A stretch of 36,154 nucleotides of DNA from Bigelowiella natans CCMP2755 (lineage: Eukaryota; Protista; Cercozoa). Every line of letters begins with the position of its first letter. Positions within the stretch are counted from its first letter, which is position 1. Positions 12,694 through 24,639 of the stretch are shown here, piece after piece. The notes under the pieces were generated by a model. The model was given only the letters and a program-made list of their open reading frames with translations, had not been told where the DNA came from and did not search any database. Both the position numbers and the translations under genes were made by a program. The stretch lies in contig ADNK01000102.1 in NCBI GenBank assembly GCA_000320545.1, positions 1-36,154 on the forward strand. The letters are read 5' to 3'.

Positions 12694-12939
12694 TATAAAC
12701 ACACTTTTTCCTTAACCTGTATAGAATGTGAGTGTGTGCGTTGTTGGTGTGTCATACATCTCGATTTACAGCGTTTGGTGATGGATGCAAAGAAGATAGA
12801 AAATCTGTGCAAAGGTCTGCTCTCCACATCTCTCGCAACAATATCCCCCCAATTTGATCAATGCAAACGCTCTAACCGTCGTCGTCATCATCGTCATCAT
12901 CATCATCACCAATTATCAGCACAGTGGCAGTATGACCAA

Positions 12940-12971
<32 letters not shown>

Positions 12972-14313
12972 TCATGCCATCATCGTGTTTGTCGTTGAGA
13001 TCGATCCATCATTGCTACCCCCCCTCCCCACCCCCCTCACAACACAGGCATCACGCAAATCGCCAACGACGAAGACCCGATCGGGCAGCTTGTAAGCGCG
13101 ACGGAACTATCGAAGAAACTCATTCTCCACCAAAAAACGGTCAAAAGCAATTATCTAAGGAATAAAGGGGAGAGGGGGGTACTAAGGCTAGCATGGTGGT
13201 GCTGGTAGAAGTAGTAGTAGGAGGAGGGGGAGGAGGAGGAGAAGGAGGAAGAGATGTTTCTGCAATAGATGATGAAGTATCAATGTGCCCCCCTTTCTTG
13301 CGAAAACAACAAATCGTTTTAGGTGCCTATTGGAGTCCTTCTCATCATCTTTGAGTCTCGCCCAGGTGATGGCTCGACGTGATCACCACCGCCATCATCG
13401 TTGTCGTAGTAACCTGATATATCGCCTCATCGCATCGTCGCTTACACACCTGCTGCATCTTTTCCGCACGTAGACTGTCTTCCTCAAATCGCTGCTCTCT
13501 CTATCAAGAGCGGAAACGGTATGCTGATAGCGGCGTGCAAATACGATGTGGGGATCGTTCGTTCAAAGCAATAGAACAATGTTATCATCCTCATCATCAT
13601 CATCCTCGCAACCGAAAGCATCGTGTTAAGACATATCGTGTTCTACGGCGTGTATGCAGGCTTGCTCCTCAAGGGCGGCAAGGAGGCGCGCATGTCGTGC
13701 AGATTCCTTCATAAGCTCATCACGGTCATACTATCTTGCAAACAACGCACAGCCGAGTTGTTATCTTCGGCTCTTGCAGCGTCTACAAAGCAAAACAAGT
13801 CTCTCAGCTGACCTACCTCCTCCTCCTCATCATCCTTTGTTGTTGTGTTGTATCACAGCAAGCAGTTGAGAAGGCGACCAAGGGAAAGGTAAAACAAACG
13901 GAAATGCTGCCGTCTCTCTCTCTCTGACTCTCTCTCTCTCTCTCTCTTTCTCTTTCTCTCCTTTACCGTTGTGTTGTGCCAGCTGGAAGTTAATTCCTCC
14001 CCCCCCCCCCCCCCCTCTCCCCTCACCTATGCATGCAGAAAGACACTGTGGTCTGCACTGCCATGATGATAGCAATAAGCAGTAATACTGATGATAATTA
14101 TAATACTAATGATGAAAATGATAAAAGGTGTCAAGCGGAGTCGTTTCTCTCGTAGAAACACGACAGGAAATAGCACAGGTGACCAGCTGTAGTGGATAGC
14201 GGTGTGTTGCATGCACACAGCGTGCGAAGCCTTTCTTCACCCTAGTAGTCTCCCATCGAAGACCGACTGGTTGCGCATTTATTACTACTACTACACTACT
14301 ACTACTACTACTA

Positions 14314-14345
<32 letters not shown>

Positions 14346-14430
14346 ATGAAATCGAGCAAATAACTCATCGTCAGCTCCTGAGCCTGGATCATGTTATCGA
14401 CCTCGTGATTCCAAGGGGCTCGTACGGTGA

Positions 14431-14461
<31 letters not shown>

Positions 14462-14566
14462 ATGGTAGCGGTGATCAATTGGGGGGGGGGATGAGTGGAT
14501 AATAGCATTATGATCTCAATGTGATGGCGTGCAATTGAATTTGAATCTTTTTTAGTGCGTGTGCGT

Positions 14567-14609
<43 letters not shown>

Positions 14610-16205
14610 TATGTGTTGTTGGCATATCGGCTCACTGCGTGTATGGATTTGTGTGTTGACCACGACAATTAGGCCTTGTGAATTTCATCAAATCGCATAC
14701 CAAAATCCCTGTGCTAGGCCACGCGGTGAGTACCGAACTAAGATAGGAGGGGGTGGAGGGGGGGAGGCGAGAAAATATACTTAGATTTGAATGTGCGAAT
14801 AATGCACGCTCGGGTGAGAGCTTCTAGTCTCTTTTTTCTAATGATATCTGACAACTATGCTCATGGTTACGACGGCTATCTAAATCATCATCGTCGTCAT
14901 CATCGCTCGCTTATGAGTATATTCGTATGAATCTCTCTCTCTTTCAGGACGGTATCTGCCATATATTCTTGGATACTGATCTCGACGTTGCTATGGCTAT
15001 TCGTCTCATCATCGACGCAAAACTCAACTATGCCGCCGCCTGCAATGCGGTACTGTCTTTGGCCTTCTTTCTCCTCGTCCTCCCCCTATCACTCACCCCT
15101 TACTCTCCTCACCTATACATTCAACCTATGGCGAGCTTGTATTTATGCTATGCGTGCTTTGGAAAAGGTGGAGAACGTGCTTTTCCACGAGGGGCTCTTC
15201 GAGGATGGCAGAGCAGGGAAGATCCTTGCAGCTGTGCGAAAGGAGGGCATTCAAGTGCACGCTTCCAAGGAGGTACTACCAACCATCATTTATCAGGGGC
15301 GGGGAGAAGGAAAGAGAGGGAGGGAGAGAGAGAGAGAGAGAGAGAGAGCAGTTCCGTTGTTGTACGGGTGATCTATTGCTTGAAGCACATGCACACACAT
15401 GTAAACACACACGCATACACACACACACACACACAACCTTATCAGATCTCCCAATTGCTGGGAAAGGACACCACCTGCGCTGCGATTCCGGTAAAATGAA
15501 AATGCAAAAGTGAAAAAAACCCCAAAAAAAGTAAAATCAACAACAACAACAACGACAACAACAACAAACAAGTTCAGTGCGGGCATGCTGAAGACGGTGA
15601 CTATAGTAATAACCACGCGACGCGGTGATGGCGAAAGGCTTTATATTATTAATAACAATGAGAGGAAATGGATACTTTGAACACCACGTTCCCGGTGTTT
15701 CTTCTGGCCGTTGTCGTCGTCGTCATCGTTGTTGTTGTTGTTGTTATTGTTGTTGCATGCTTCTCATTCGGCTCCCAATCATAAACAAGGCGGACACCGG
15801 GTTCTCCACGGAATACGGCGATAATAGAATGAGCATCCACGTGGTGAAGGTAATACTAGCGTGGTGGTTGTCGAGGAGGGGGAGGGGGGGGGAGGAGGAA
15901 GAGCAGTAGTATGCTAAGGAAACGACAACACAGCCTGTGATTCTCATACATACCTACACATAATATATATTTATTGTGTGTGTGTGTGTGTGTGTGTTTG
16001 TGTGGCTATTATTATCTTCGCTGCCGTCATATTGATGCTGCCCATCATCATCATCACTATGATCATCATCATCATCATCATGATGTACAGAACGTCTCTG
16101 CGGCAATGAGGCACATCAACGAGTTCGGCAGCGGTCACACAGATTGCATCGTCACCAACAACAAAGACAACGGTGCGTTTTCACACGCTCAAACACTCAC
16201 ACACA

Positions 16206-16259
<54 letters not shown>

Positions 16260-17138
16260 CAGCCACACACGACGTGAAGACAGTATGCTTTACATGCTCT
16301 AATATTACACGGCATGGAATCATGGGATATTATCTATATTTTGGAATGCGTGCCCCCTCCCCCTCCTCCTCCTTATGTTGTTATTTTTTCTTCTTCTTCT
16401 TCTTCTTCTTCTTCTTCTTCTTCTTGTTGTCCTGCAGTGGAAGCATTCCTGACCGGTGTGGCGAGCGCGTGCGTCTTTCACAACGCCTCTACTCGTTTCG
16501 CCGACGGGTCCGTACGCATATGTCGTAGAAATATTAGTTGCAGAAGAAGGAGGAGGAGGAATTGAACGAAGGAGAAGGACAATGGGGTTATTTTCATTAG
16601 AAGAATCGTCGCTGGTTCTCGTTGCGAACATGCTTTCCAACGCAAAGCTGTTCCTCAAGTTGTGAATTTCCCTTTTTTCTTATGGCCATATTCTCCCCCC
16701 CCCACCCTCCTCGTCGTCGGCATCGTTGGTCAGATTTCGATTCGGGCTGGGTGCGGAGGTCGGGATCAGCACCGGGAAGATTCACGCAAGAGGGCCTGTT
16801 GGAGTGAAAGGGCTGACGACGACTCAATGGACTTTAGCCAGCGGGTGTGTGTAGTTTCGAGTAGCAGTAGCTGCTAGCCGTTGTAGAGGGGGGCGGGAGC
16901 GGCAAGCGACAAAGTGTGCAGAGATGTGGCATGCGGCTGTAATTCTTTCTACCAATTGATGATACGCGAAATAACCATTCAATGCTTAAACTTCTATTCA
17001 GTGAAAAGGACGGCCACACTGTCACGGATTTCGTGGAGGGCGCATGCGAGTACCATCATCATTAGCCTCCTCTTTCTCCCCCACTCATCGTCATCATCAT
17101 CATCATCATCATCATCATTATCATTACATCCACACACA

Positions 17139-17172
<34 letters not shown>

Positions 17173-17335
17173 ATCTTTATCATCGTACAAGTTTTGACAT
17201 GACTCTTGATTCTTTCCAGCTAGCTCACTCTATGCATCTAACTTGCACTGTGGTTGGGGTGTGTGTGTTAACCCGGAATTACTTTCAATCGCAACGCTCA
17301 GGTATACTCACAAGAAGCTCGAATTGAAAAGCTGA
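9504..17335 (+). CDS. LOG-family nucleotide phosphoribohydrolase fused to gamma-glutamyl phosphate reductase (ProA / GPR domain of P5CS), 30 exons
   Basis: LOG part (exons 9504-11393): [66 protein letters not shown]-rich linker exon 11719-11838. GPR part from 11985: [72 protein letters not shown] (catalytic Cys), [49 protein letters not shown]. Ends [10 protein letters not shown] with TGA at 17333-17335. All junctions traced are GT-AG and in phase. Confidence 0.85.
10517..17170. repeat. Dense intronic microsatellites ((CA)n, (GA)n, (TA)n, (CAT)n, (CTA)n, (CCT)n, poly-C/G)
   Basis: Visible in most introns of the LOG-ProA gene, for example 10894-10990, 11445-11495, 12660-12692, 12945-12970, 14285-14345 and 16195-16260. 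Similar tracts occur at 590-3320, 23130-24650 and 34680-35812. Confidence 0.95.
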
Positions 17336-17606
17336 TGATAAAACGGCAAGATAGAGGCCTTTTGATTTCTTACCGTCGGCTTGAGTCGGGAGTGACTAGC
17401 AATACATGCACAGAAAAAAATGTACCAGTGCACATCTCCCATATGACTAGATGAAAGATGATACTCTCACGTATGTCGTAGCTGTAACGCCCATGCGTGC
17501 AAACATGATGTACACATGATCATGGCGCGCCCAGGCACCATTGCAGACGCATGGAAGACGGAGCAATTTTCCATCGTACGCACACGCAAAAGTGCTGACT
17601 TGCATG

Positions 17607-17640
<34 letters not shown>

Positions 17641-18005
17641 CTAGCATGGTCATAGTCATGTGTACTACGTGTGTTTTTGTGCACAGCTACAGCAGTAGGA
17701 TGACCATTGATGCAGGTGCGATTCGTTGATTCATCATTTCCGTCTCGTGCATCCAATGCTTGAGAATATTTTAAATGTTTAAGCTTGCATGCGGCATTTA
17801 GCATCTCCGCGTTTGCTACACAGCTACATGTACCTTATGGCGGAACATAATAAAAACCGCTAACAAACTCAATACACGCGATAATATCGCGCGACGTCGG
17901 CGCTCATGTGCGAACGATCTCAGCTAAAGAAACGTTGTATATCATCTCACAGTGTAACTTTGAACGCATCGCAGACTTTCATGTATGGACTATATGCAAC
18001 AATTT

Positions 18006-18213
18006 TTAGCAATTGAGGGACTCTTTCGTCGAAACCCCCGTCTTTGTGTTCACTCCATCAGCGATAGAGCATAAATACCTGTTGCGTATCATCACGTGCA
18101 AGGCAGTTACATATATGAATGTCATCATCGCTAACCCACGTATACACGAACTAGACGAACTGCAGAATTTCCTGGAGGAAAGCGCTAAAACAGATCTACA
18201 TTTCAGAGTGAAA

Positions 18214-18256
<43 letters not shown>

Positions 18257-20153
18257 CGTGTATCATGCTGCTCCTCTGTGGAACAGTTGGGGCATCTCAT
18301 TGTAAAAATGTGAATGTTCGCAGGTATGTAAACACGCACTCACACACACAAACATACAAAATGATGTGCACTATTCATTTGTCGTGTAGTAATTACTGTT
18401 TCTGGTCCTTCCTCACGAATGTGTCCGTCCAGTCCCTAGCATATGATAGTTTGCCAATCGAATCATCATCATCATCACCATCATTATCATCATCATCGTC
18501 ATCATCATTAATCAATCGTTTATCTTTCACAGACGCATACAGGCAGATTATCGTGCGAGCTTGCGCATATGCTCGCTTACGAGTTCTTGATGTTGATTCC
18601 CCGCAGATTGGTGCTGAGTAGGAAAGATGCGAAATAATAAGGGGGTGAGTGGTGAGGTGATGGTTGCCACAACATCCACATCAGCACTTTAAACACCATT
18701 CTCATCGGAAAAATAACTTTTCAATCTAGTAGAAACCGAATCTAATCTTCAACTATGCAATGGATGCTTTCTCTACTTTCACGATAATATCGTCGAGGTT
18801 CTCTTCCCCCCCCCCCCCCCCTTCCCCTCCCTCCTCTCTACTGTCGCTTAAACAAAAGTTCTAGCACAGCAATGATTAGGTAATGAGATCCCACTGATCT
18901 ATGTGCGTGCTCTTATTACTTTCCACTAACGTACGCTTCTTCAAGAATCGCGTTCTCAAAATTTACTTTCTCCAAATTTGCCGCCTAATTTAACGAAACA
19001 GAGCGAAGAAAAGCGTACGAAGAGGAAAGATGAGGACTCGTAAATGGTAGCGATAATACACAATTTATTGTCCTATTTATCATCACTTCTCCCCTTTCTC
19101 TTTCCCCTTCTCTCTTCTAACATGCCCCTTCCAACCGTCCAATAAGCTACTACCACCTCTAGATTGGTTCCTTTCAATATCGCGTCTGTGAAGTCGCTAC
19201 CATACAGGTCTGCATCGAAGAAAGAAGCTCCGGATACGTCCGATTTCTTGAAGTTGACCTGCCGCACCTACCAGCACATTGGTCGAAGAAGAAATTAAGT
19301 GTTATGGATGGTTTTCAAGAAGATTATAAAACTGAATTATCTGTCGCACAATGCTTTGCTGAAAGCTCACTCCAGAGAGATCTCTTCCTGAGAAGTCCGA
19401 GTTGTCTAGGATGACACCACGTGTGGCGATCCCGCTGACAGCGAAGTTAACGTCGTTCGTCATCATCATTGTTGGCAAGACTTTGATTCGTGGAAATATT
19501 ATGCATGCGCTCAGCATTAAACAATGTACGTGCAAGCACGAGTGGTTGGTCCAACCCTACTATGTTCCTGCTCCCATTTCCTTACCATCTATATATGTCA
19601 CACCTTTGTGCAGCTATTGCTTTCTCGCCGCCCGTCGACGCAGCTCCCATGGCAATCTTGGAGTCAGCAGCATTGTTCGCACCAGCTTTATTCGAAGACA
19701 AAAGCGCTATGGAACCCAGATTGAGTAGCAAGGATTGCATTGCACCCCTGCGCCGGCGGCAAGGGATCGACGGCGGTGAAGCCCAAACTAGATAAAAATC
19801 GAAAAGGAGTTGAGTACAAAGGTTAGCGGGCGATTGTAGGTGTTGAGCAAAGCACACGTAGAAGTTCTGCATCGCATGTTGGAGGCCATGATGAACCCCC
19901 CCTTCCTCTTCTTCCAATACCCTGCAATTTCGAGCTGTGATTGGGTCGGCACACCTCTTGTCGTGCCTCGTCCGGCCGCATGTGGCAACGTCGACGTAGG
20001 CAGCATTCGTGACCGAACCGAGGCTTGAATCGACTGAGCATCGATGCTCGGAAGCGGGGAGGCTTTCAAAGCCATGAAAATGGCGGCGGCGCCCAAGCAT
20101 AAAAGTATTGCGGCGGCAGAGGCCTGTCCGGGCGAGCTCCTCCTGGTGGTCAT
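18006..20153 (-). CDS. Thylakoid lumenal 15 kDa (TL15-type) pentapeptide-repeat protein with a multipartite targeting presequence
   Basis: Spliced mature part GIATRGVILDNSDFSGRDLSGVSFQQSI|VRQVNFKKSDVSGASFFDADLYGSDFTDAILKGTNLE|AANLEKVNFENAILEEAYVSGN|TNLRGINIKNS|DWTDTFVRKDQKQ|YLCSIADGVNTKTGVSTKESLNC* closely follows the plant TL15 pattern, including the C-terminal two-Cys cap. N-terminus has a hydrophobic signal, an S/R-rich transit-like region and an RR...AGA lumen peptide. The first intron boundary is uncertain. Confidence 0.88.
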
Positions 20154-20457
20154 GTTCAGTTGGAAGGGGGTGGGTTCGATCTTGAGATTTAGTTCAATTT
20201 TTCCTTCATAAACGCCCTGGGTTTATCCTTTGAGACTTGAATCCAGTCATGAAAACTCAACAAAATCCGCGTGGCGTTGTTGGTCGAATCGGACCACCGG
20301 ATCCGTCGGGGAAATTACGGCCAGACTTCCCAGTCAACCCCACTGATCCTTCGGGGTTTGGCCAACCAAAAAAGCTTACAGGGAAATAAATTTACGATAT
20401 ATTCCGTGTATATCTTGAAGGATTTCTGTCCATGATCACTATCAGCCATCGCCGGTC

Positions 20458-21850
20458 ATGCGCATCATGAAGGGGGTCATCAACGAGGACCAGACTCCAA
20501 TGGAGGTAGAGACGGCGATGATGAGAGTGTATTCCAGGGGGGAAGAGGGGGGGGGGGTAAAGAGTGAGGTGGGCGGTGGATTTGGACCGCGCTTAAGCTC
20601 ACGTATGTTGTAGGAACCCGGGCCAGTGAGAACGGCGATTTCCGATGGCAGGTATGTGAATTCGCCAGCTTCTTCCTATCGCTGCGGTTCTCATCGTTTA
20701 CGATAACACACGTAATCAGGATGGTCAGGATACAGCAGCGCACACTCAATGCGGATTTGACTTGCCCCGTCTGCCTAGGGATCTTGCGGGACACGATGGT
20801 CGTCCAATTAGCACTTACTATTATTACTCGATTAATTAGGAGGCTGTTTTTCTTTGTCTCCGTTCCGAGTAGTTGTGACGCCTGACCTCTCACCCATCTT
20901 TACGTACAGACGGTCATGAATTGCTTGCATAGATTCTGTGCAGAGTGCATTGAGCTATCTCTCCGCATGGGCAGAAAGGAGTGCCCATCTTGCAGGTGTA
21001 GTGCGTTGTCGATTCACACCCCATTAACCGCCATCCTCCACACTCGTCCTTGACATTGAACTTGAATGCACTTGTTCGAGTGTTGGAAGCAGCATCGTTG
21101 TTGAACCTCTTTTTCTTTTTAACTGCAGAACGAGCTGCCCGTCGAGACGCAATCTCCGCAAAGATCCCCAATTCGACAAGCTCATCGCCGAGATATACCC
21201 TGACGTGGACAAGGAGGAAACCCAGCAAATGGAGATGACCAAGAAGATCATCGAGCAGCACAATGATACAGCTTTCGTCAAGTCGATAGAGAAAGGTGGT
21301 TTTGCTTCTTGCCTATTTTGCGCGCTGCAGCTATTCGTATCTACCCACAAAGTTACTGCTTAAATGCTTAGTTGCAGTTCTCCTTTATGGTTTTGCAGGC
21401 CAATCTGAGCAGGCCATAGCTCGGCGTTCACGGATCTCGAGGCCACGCCCCGTCGCGATGGATATGATGTCCTCCTTCAATCCCAATGTCCCCTCCTCTT
21501 CCAGCAATTCTCTTGAAAGGAGTTCCAAGCGCCAGAAAGTTGCTCCAAGGGAAAAGCTACTGGACTTTGGCTTGTTTCTACATCCCGAATGTAAAGAGGA
21601 TGATTTCTTGAAGCAACCGCTCAAAGTGTCGTTCCTTCGCTGCCCGCCCACTGTAACGTGCTCTTGGCTGCAAGTTTACCTGAAAGAGGCGTTTGGAAAG
21701 GAGTTTTCGTTCGAAATCACAGTCAGAAAGGATGGGAAGGAGAGGGTCATAGTTCCGGACCAGAATCTTCAGAAATTAGCCGAAGAACTGATGGAAACAG
21801 GCGATACATCGTTAGTGTTGTACTACTCACCACGTGCCGCAGAGGAGTGA
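20458..21850 (+). CDS. RING1: RING1/RNF2-like E3 ubiquitin ligase (PRC1 catalytic subunit): RING + C-terminal RAWUL-like domain
   Basis: Spliced [18 protein letters not shown]|[29 protein letters not shown]|[25 protein letters not shown] matches the RING1-specific signature (CLHRFC..CI...LR.G.KECP.CR...S.R.LR.DP.FD.LI..IYP). C-terminal FGLFLHP...FLRCPPTVT...LVLYYS resembles RAWUL. Start codon uncertain. Confidence 0.85.
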
Positions 21851-22658
21851 CAAATGTGCATGAGATACCGGCATATTACACAATAGACATACGTGTATAT
21901 ATATAAAATATATGAAGTATACCGTGTCTATGGTTTACTACAGCGTATCCCTCCCTCCCCCGCATGCCTGACCTAATAAAACAAGATGCGATCTAGCGAT
22001 ATCGACAGTATCACAGCTGTATGTGAGTGTTATAGAGTATTTTTCACGCACCAACATTCCCACCATCGGGTGTAATATCCCAGAGCAAAATGCGTATGCG
22101 TACGTATATGGACGGATGTAATGAATAAATATTTTTTTTTCAATAATCACTCTAATGTAGCTAACTAATTAAGCGTGTGCGTGTATGTGCATGTACACAC
22201 ATGCTGCATTGCACAGCTACATAAGGATGACCATATTGAACAAATATAATTGAAAATATTCATTACATCCGTCTTACACATGCGTGTATTTATACGTTGT
22301 ATGATGTGTGTTTGTGTTTGAATAGAGCATATATCGTTAAACCGCGATGAGAGAGGGCGCGTGCTTGCGGCACACGCAGCTTGTGGTGCAACGCAAAGCG
22401 TGCACGTTGCGCGCGGCGACATGCAACATGGATTTCATTTCATGATTAGACCGGGAGAGAGCATCGTGTCGTGCATCATCTGAGATGTATATTCCCATCA
22501 TGTATATTCCCATCATTGGCGTGCGCTCTCGTACAAATGCATGATTCACCCTCAAAGTACTTCGTTGCAAAAAAAAAGGTGTGGCTCTTTAGTTTGGACG
22601 GAGAGACATGAACTTCTTCTTGTCCGCTTCATGCCATTGATGATCGATACCGCATACC

Positions 22659-23134
22659 TCACAACAGTGTACATGGACCACTCGAGGCATTGTCGCTAGT
22701 GGCTGCAGCTTTCTCTACTATCTCCTGAGACTTGTGAAAAATAATTCGTTCTTCTGGGCCTAAACTTGCGCCACCCAGAAGCATCATATTAGCAGATTCA
22801 GCGAATGATCCCGGAAAATATGTACAGGATGCCTGGGAGCATACACCAGATATCAAAATATTACTGACGATGACTGTGCGAGCATATAACGGCTTATTCT
22901 GTACCGAATGGCTCGGAAGTAAAGATGCCTGCTTGTACGCTGCAGCCACTAGTTCTGTATTTATCGTCATCGTCGGATTATAGAATGAATATATCTTAAC
23001 ATGAATCATCGTCCAACACAAGCGACGAGCAGACCTGAACAAAAGAAGGCTCTGTCCGGGTTGTGGGCCGGCAGGGTTGACTTTCGACGATAGAGGGAGG
23101 TTGGCTTCCAAAGGTTGTATCTTTCCATGTAGAG

Positions 23135-23184
<50 letters not shown>

Positions 23185-24139
23185 TACGTCATAGTATGAA
23201 GACGAAATGATAGTGATCGCGTCGTTGTTGTTTACTTACTTTCGCCCAATCACCATCTTAACAAACTCCTCCAACTGCTCAAGTTTCCTGGATACACACA
23301 CAGATAGAGAGAAAGAAAGGGGGAACGATCGTTTTCAGTTGCTCGCTCTCCCCCTACCCCCCCCACCCCCCCCTTCTCTCTCTCTCTCTCACACAAAAAC
23401 GCGCGCACGCTGGCGATAGTTACTATACTTCTTCCTCCCTTCCCCCCCCCCCCCAAATGCGGGTTGGTCATTTGTAGGAGTAAAAAAAGGCTACTTACTT
23501 TTCCGTGAGATTTCCATGTAGCCTTCGTACAGACATGCAGGTATACTGCTTGTACCAATCATAGTCTCGAAAATCAGAGATGTTCACCATTTCAACGCCT
23601 ACATTATGAATAGGCATTAGAGCCTCCAACAGCTCCTTCCTCGTTGTACTAGCCGCAACCCATGACTTCACCGCCATATTCATAATCATGCGTTTCTGGG
23701 TGGGGGTTGTGTGTGTGGGGAGAAACAAACAAATCATTCCGATATCCCACCTTCGCCAAGTGCCTCCAACACGGCCGGTGGCCTTCCTTTCAACTTTACG
23801 ACAACGCCGACATGATCATAGGCAGAATTCGTTCCGAACTGACAAGAGAAAATAAATGAAAGGGCTCACGTACATAAGAATCAGCTGTTCAGTCCTCGTG
23901 TGATTACGAAACTCTGCTCATCGACCCATTCACCCTTCCCCCCCCCTTCCCCCCCCCTGCCCCCTTCCCTCCACAGCTCGTTGCTTTTCGGTTCTTGAGG
24001 GTGGTCGACATCTCGTTTGCAACACGTACTTACTCGAATGACAGCAGGGCCCGTGCCGCGGGTGTGGAAAAGGACCACCTTAGTGTTGCATAACGGAGCA
24101 CATGATTTCAAAGTATTTATGGTGTGAGTTGATAGATAG

Positions 24140-24185
<46 letters not shown>

Positions 24186-24586
24186 TATGCATACATCGCC
24201 TGTTTTTGCACTCTGATTGTATGCCTTCCATTTAATTGTGGCCAATTCCCTGAATGCCTTCGTACACATGTATGTATGTATGTGCGTATGCACGTGAATA
24301 TATGGCATGAAAAGATTTATGATCATACGCAGCTTGTCATCAAGAACAAATGCAACCAGTAAAGACATGATCCCTCTCCAACTAAACAAATATAAGGAAA
24401 GGAATTCGTCTTCTTTCTGCTGATTCTCTCATCCATCATCATCGTCGTCATCATCATCATCATTTCCAGTTCTTTTGCATCATTCTTGTCGCTCTTTGAG
24501 TAGCACCTTTTGCTTGCCGTGTTGCACCTTCCATCCCCTAGAAGACCGAGCCCTCTCTATCGCCACAGAAGGTAATGGGACAACAC

Positions 24587-24639
<53 letters not shown>

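Noticed and set aside
1-17335. A stress-response gene cluster (Msr, JmjC, proline synthesis)
   Set aside because: The functional link is loose, an unrelated Sel1 gene intervenes, and there is no expression evidence.
22485-22516. 15-bp tandem duplication TGTATATTCCCATCA, and a 10-bp tandem at 5092-5112
   Set aside because: Two-copy local slippage events with no spacers. They are not CRISPR-like and have no evident function.
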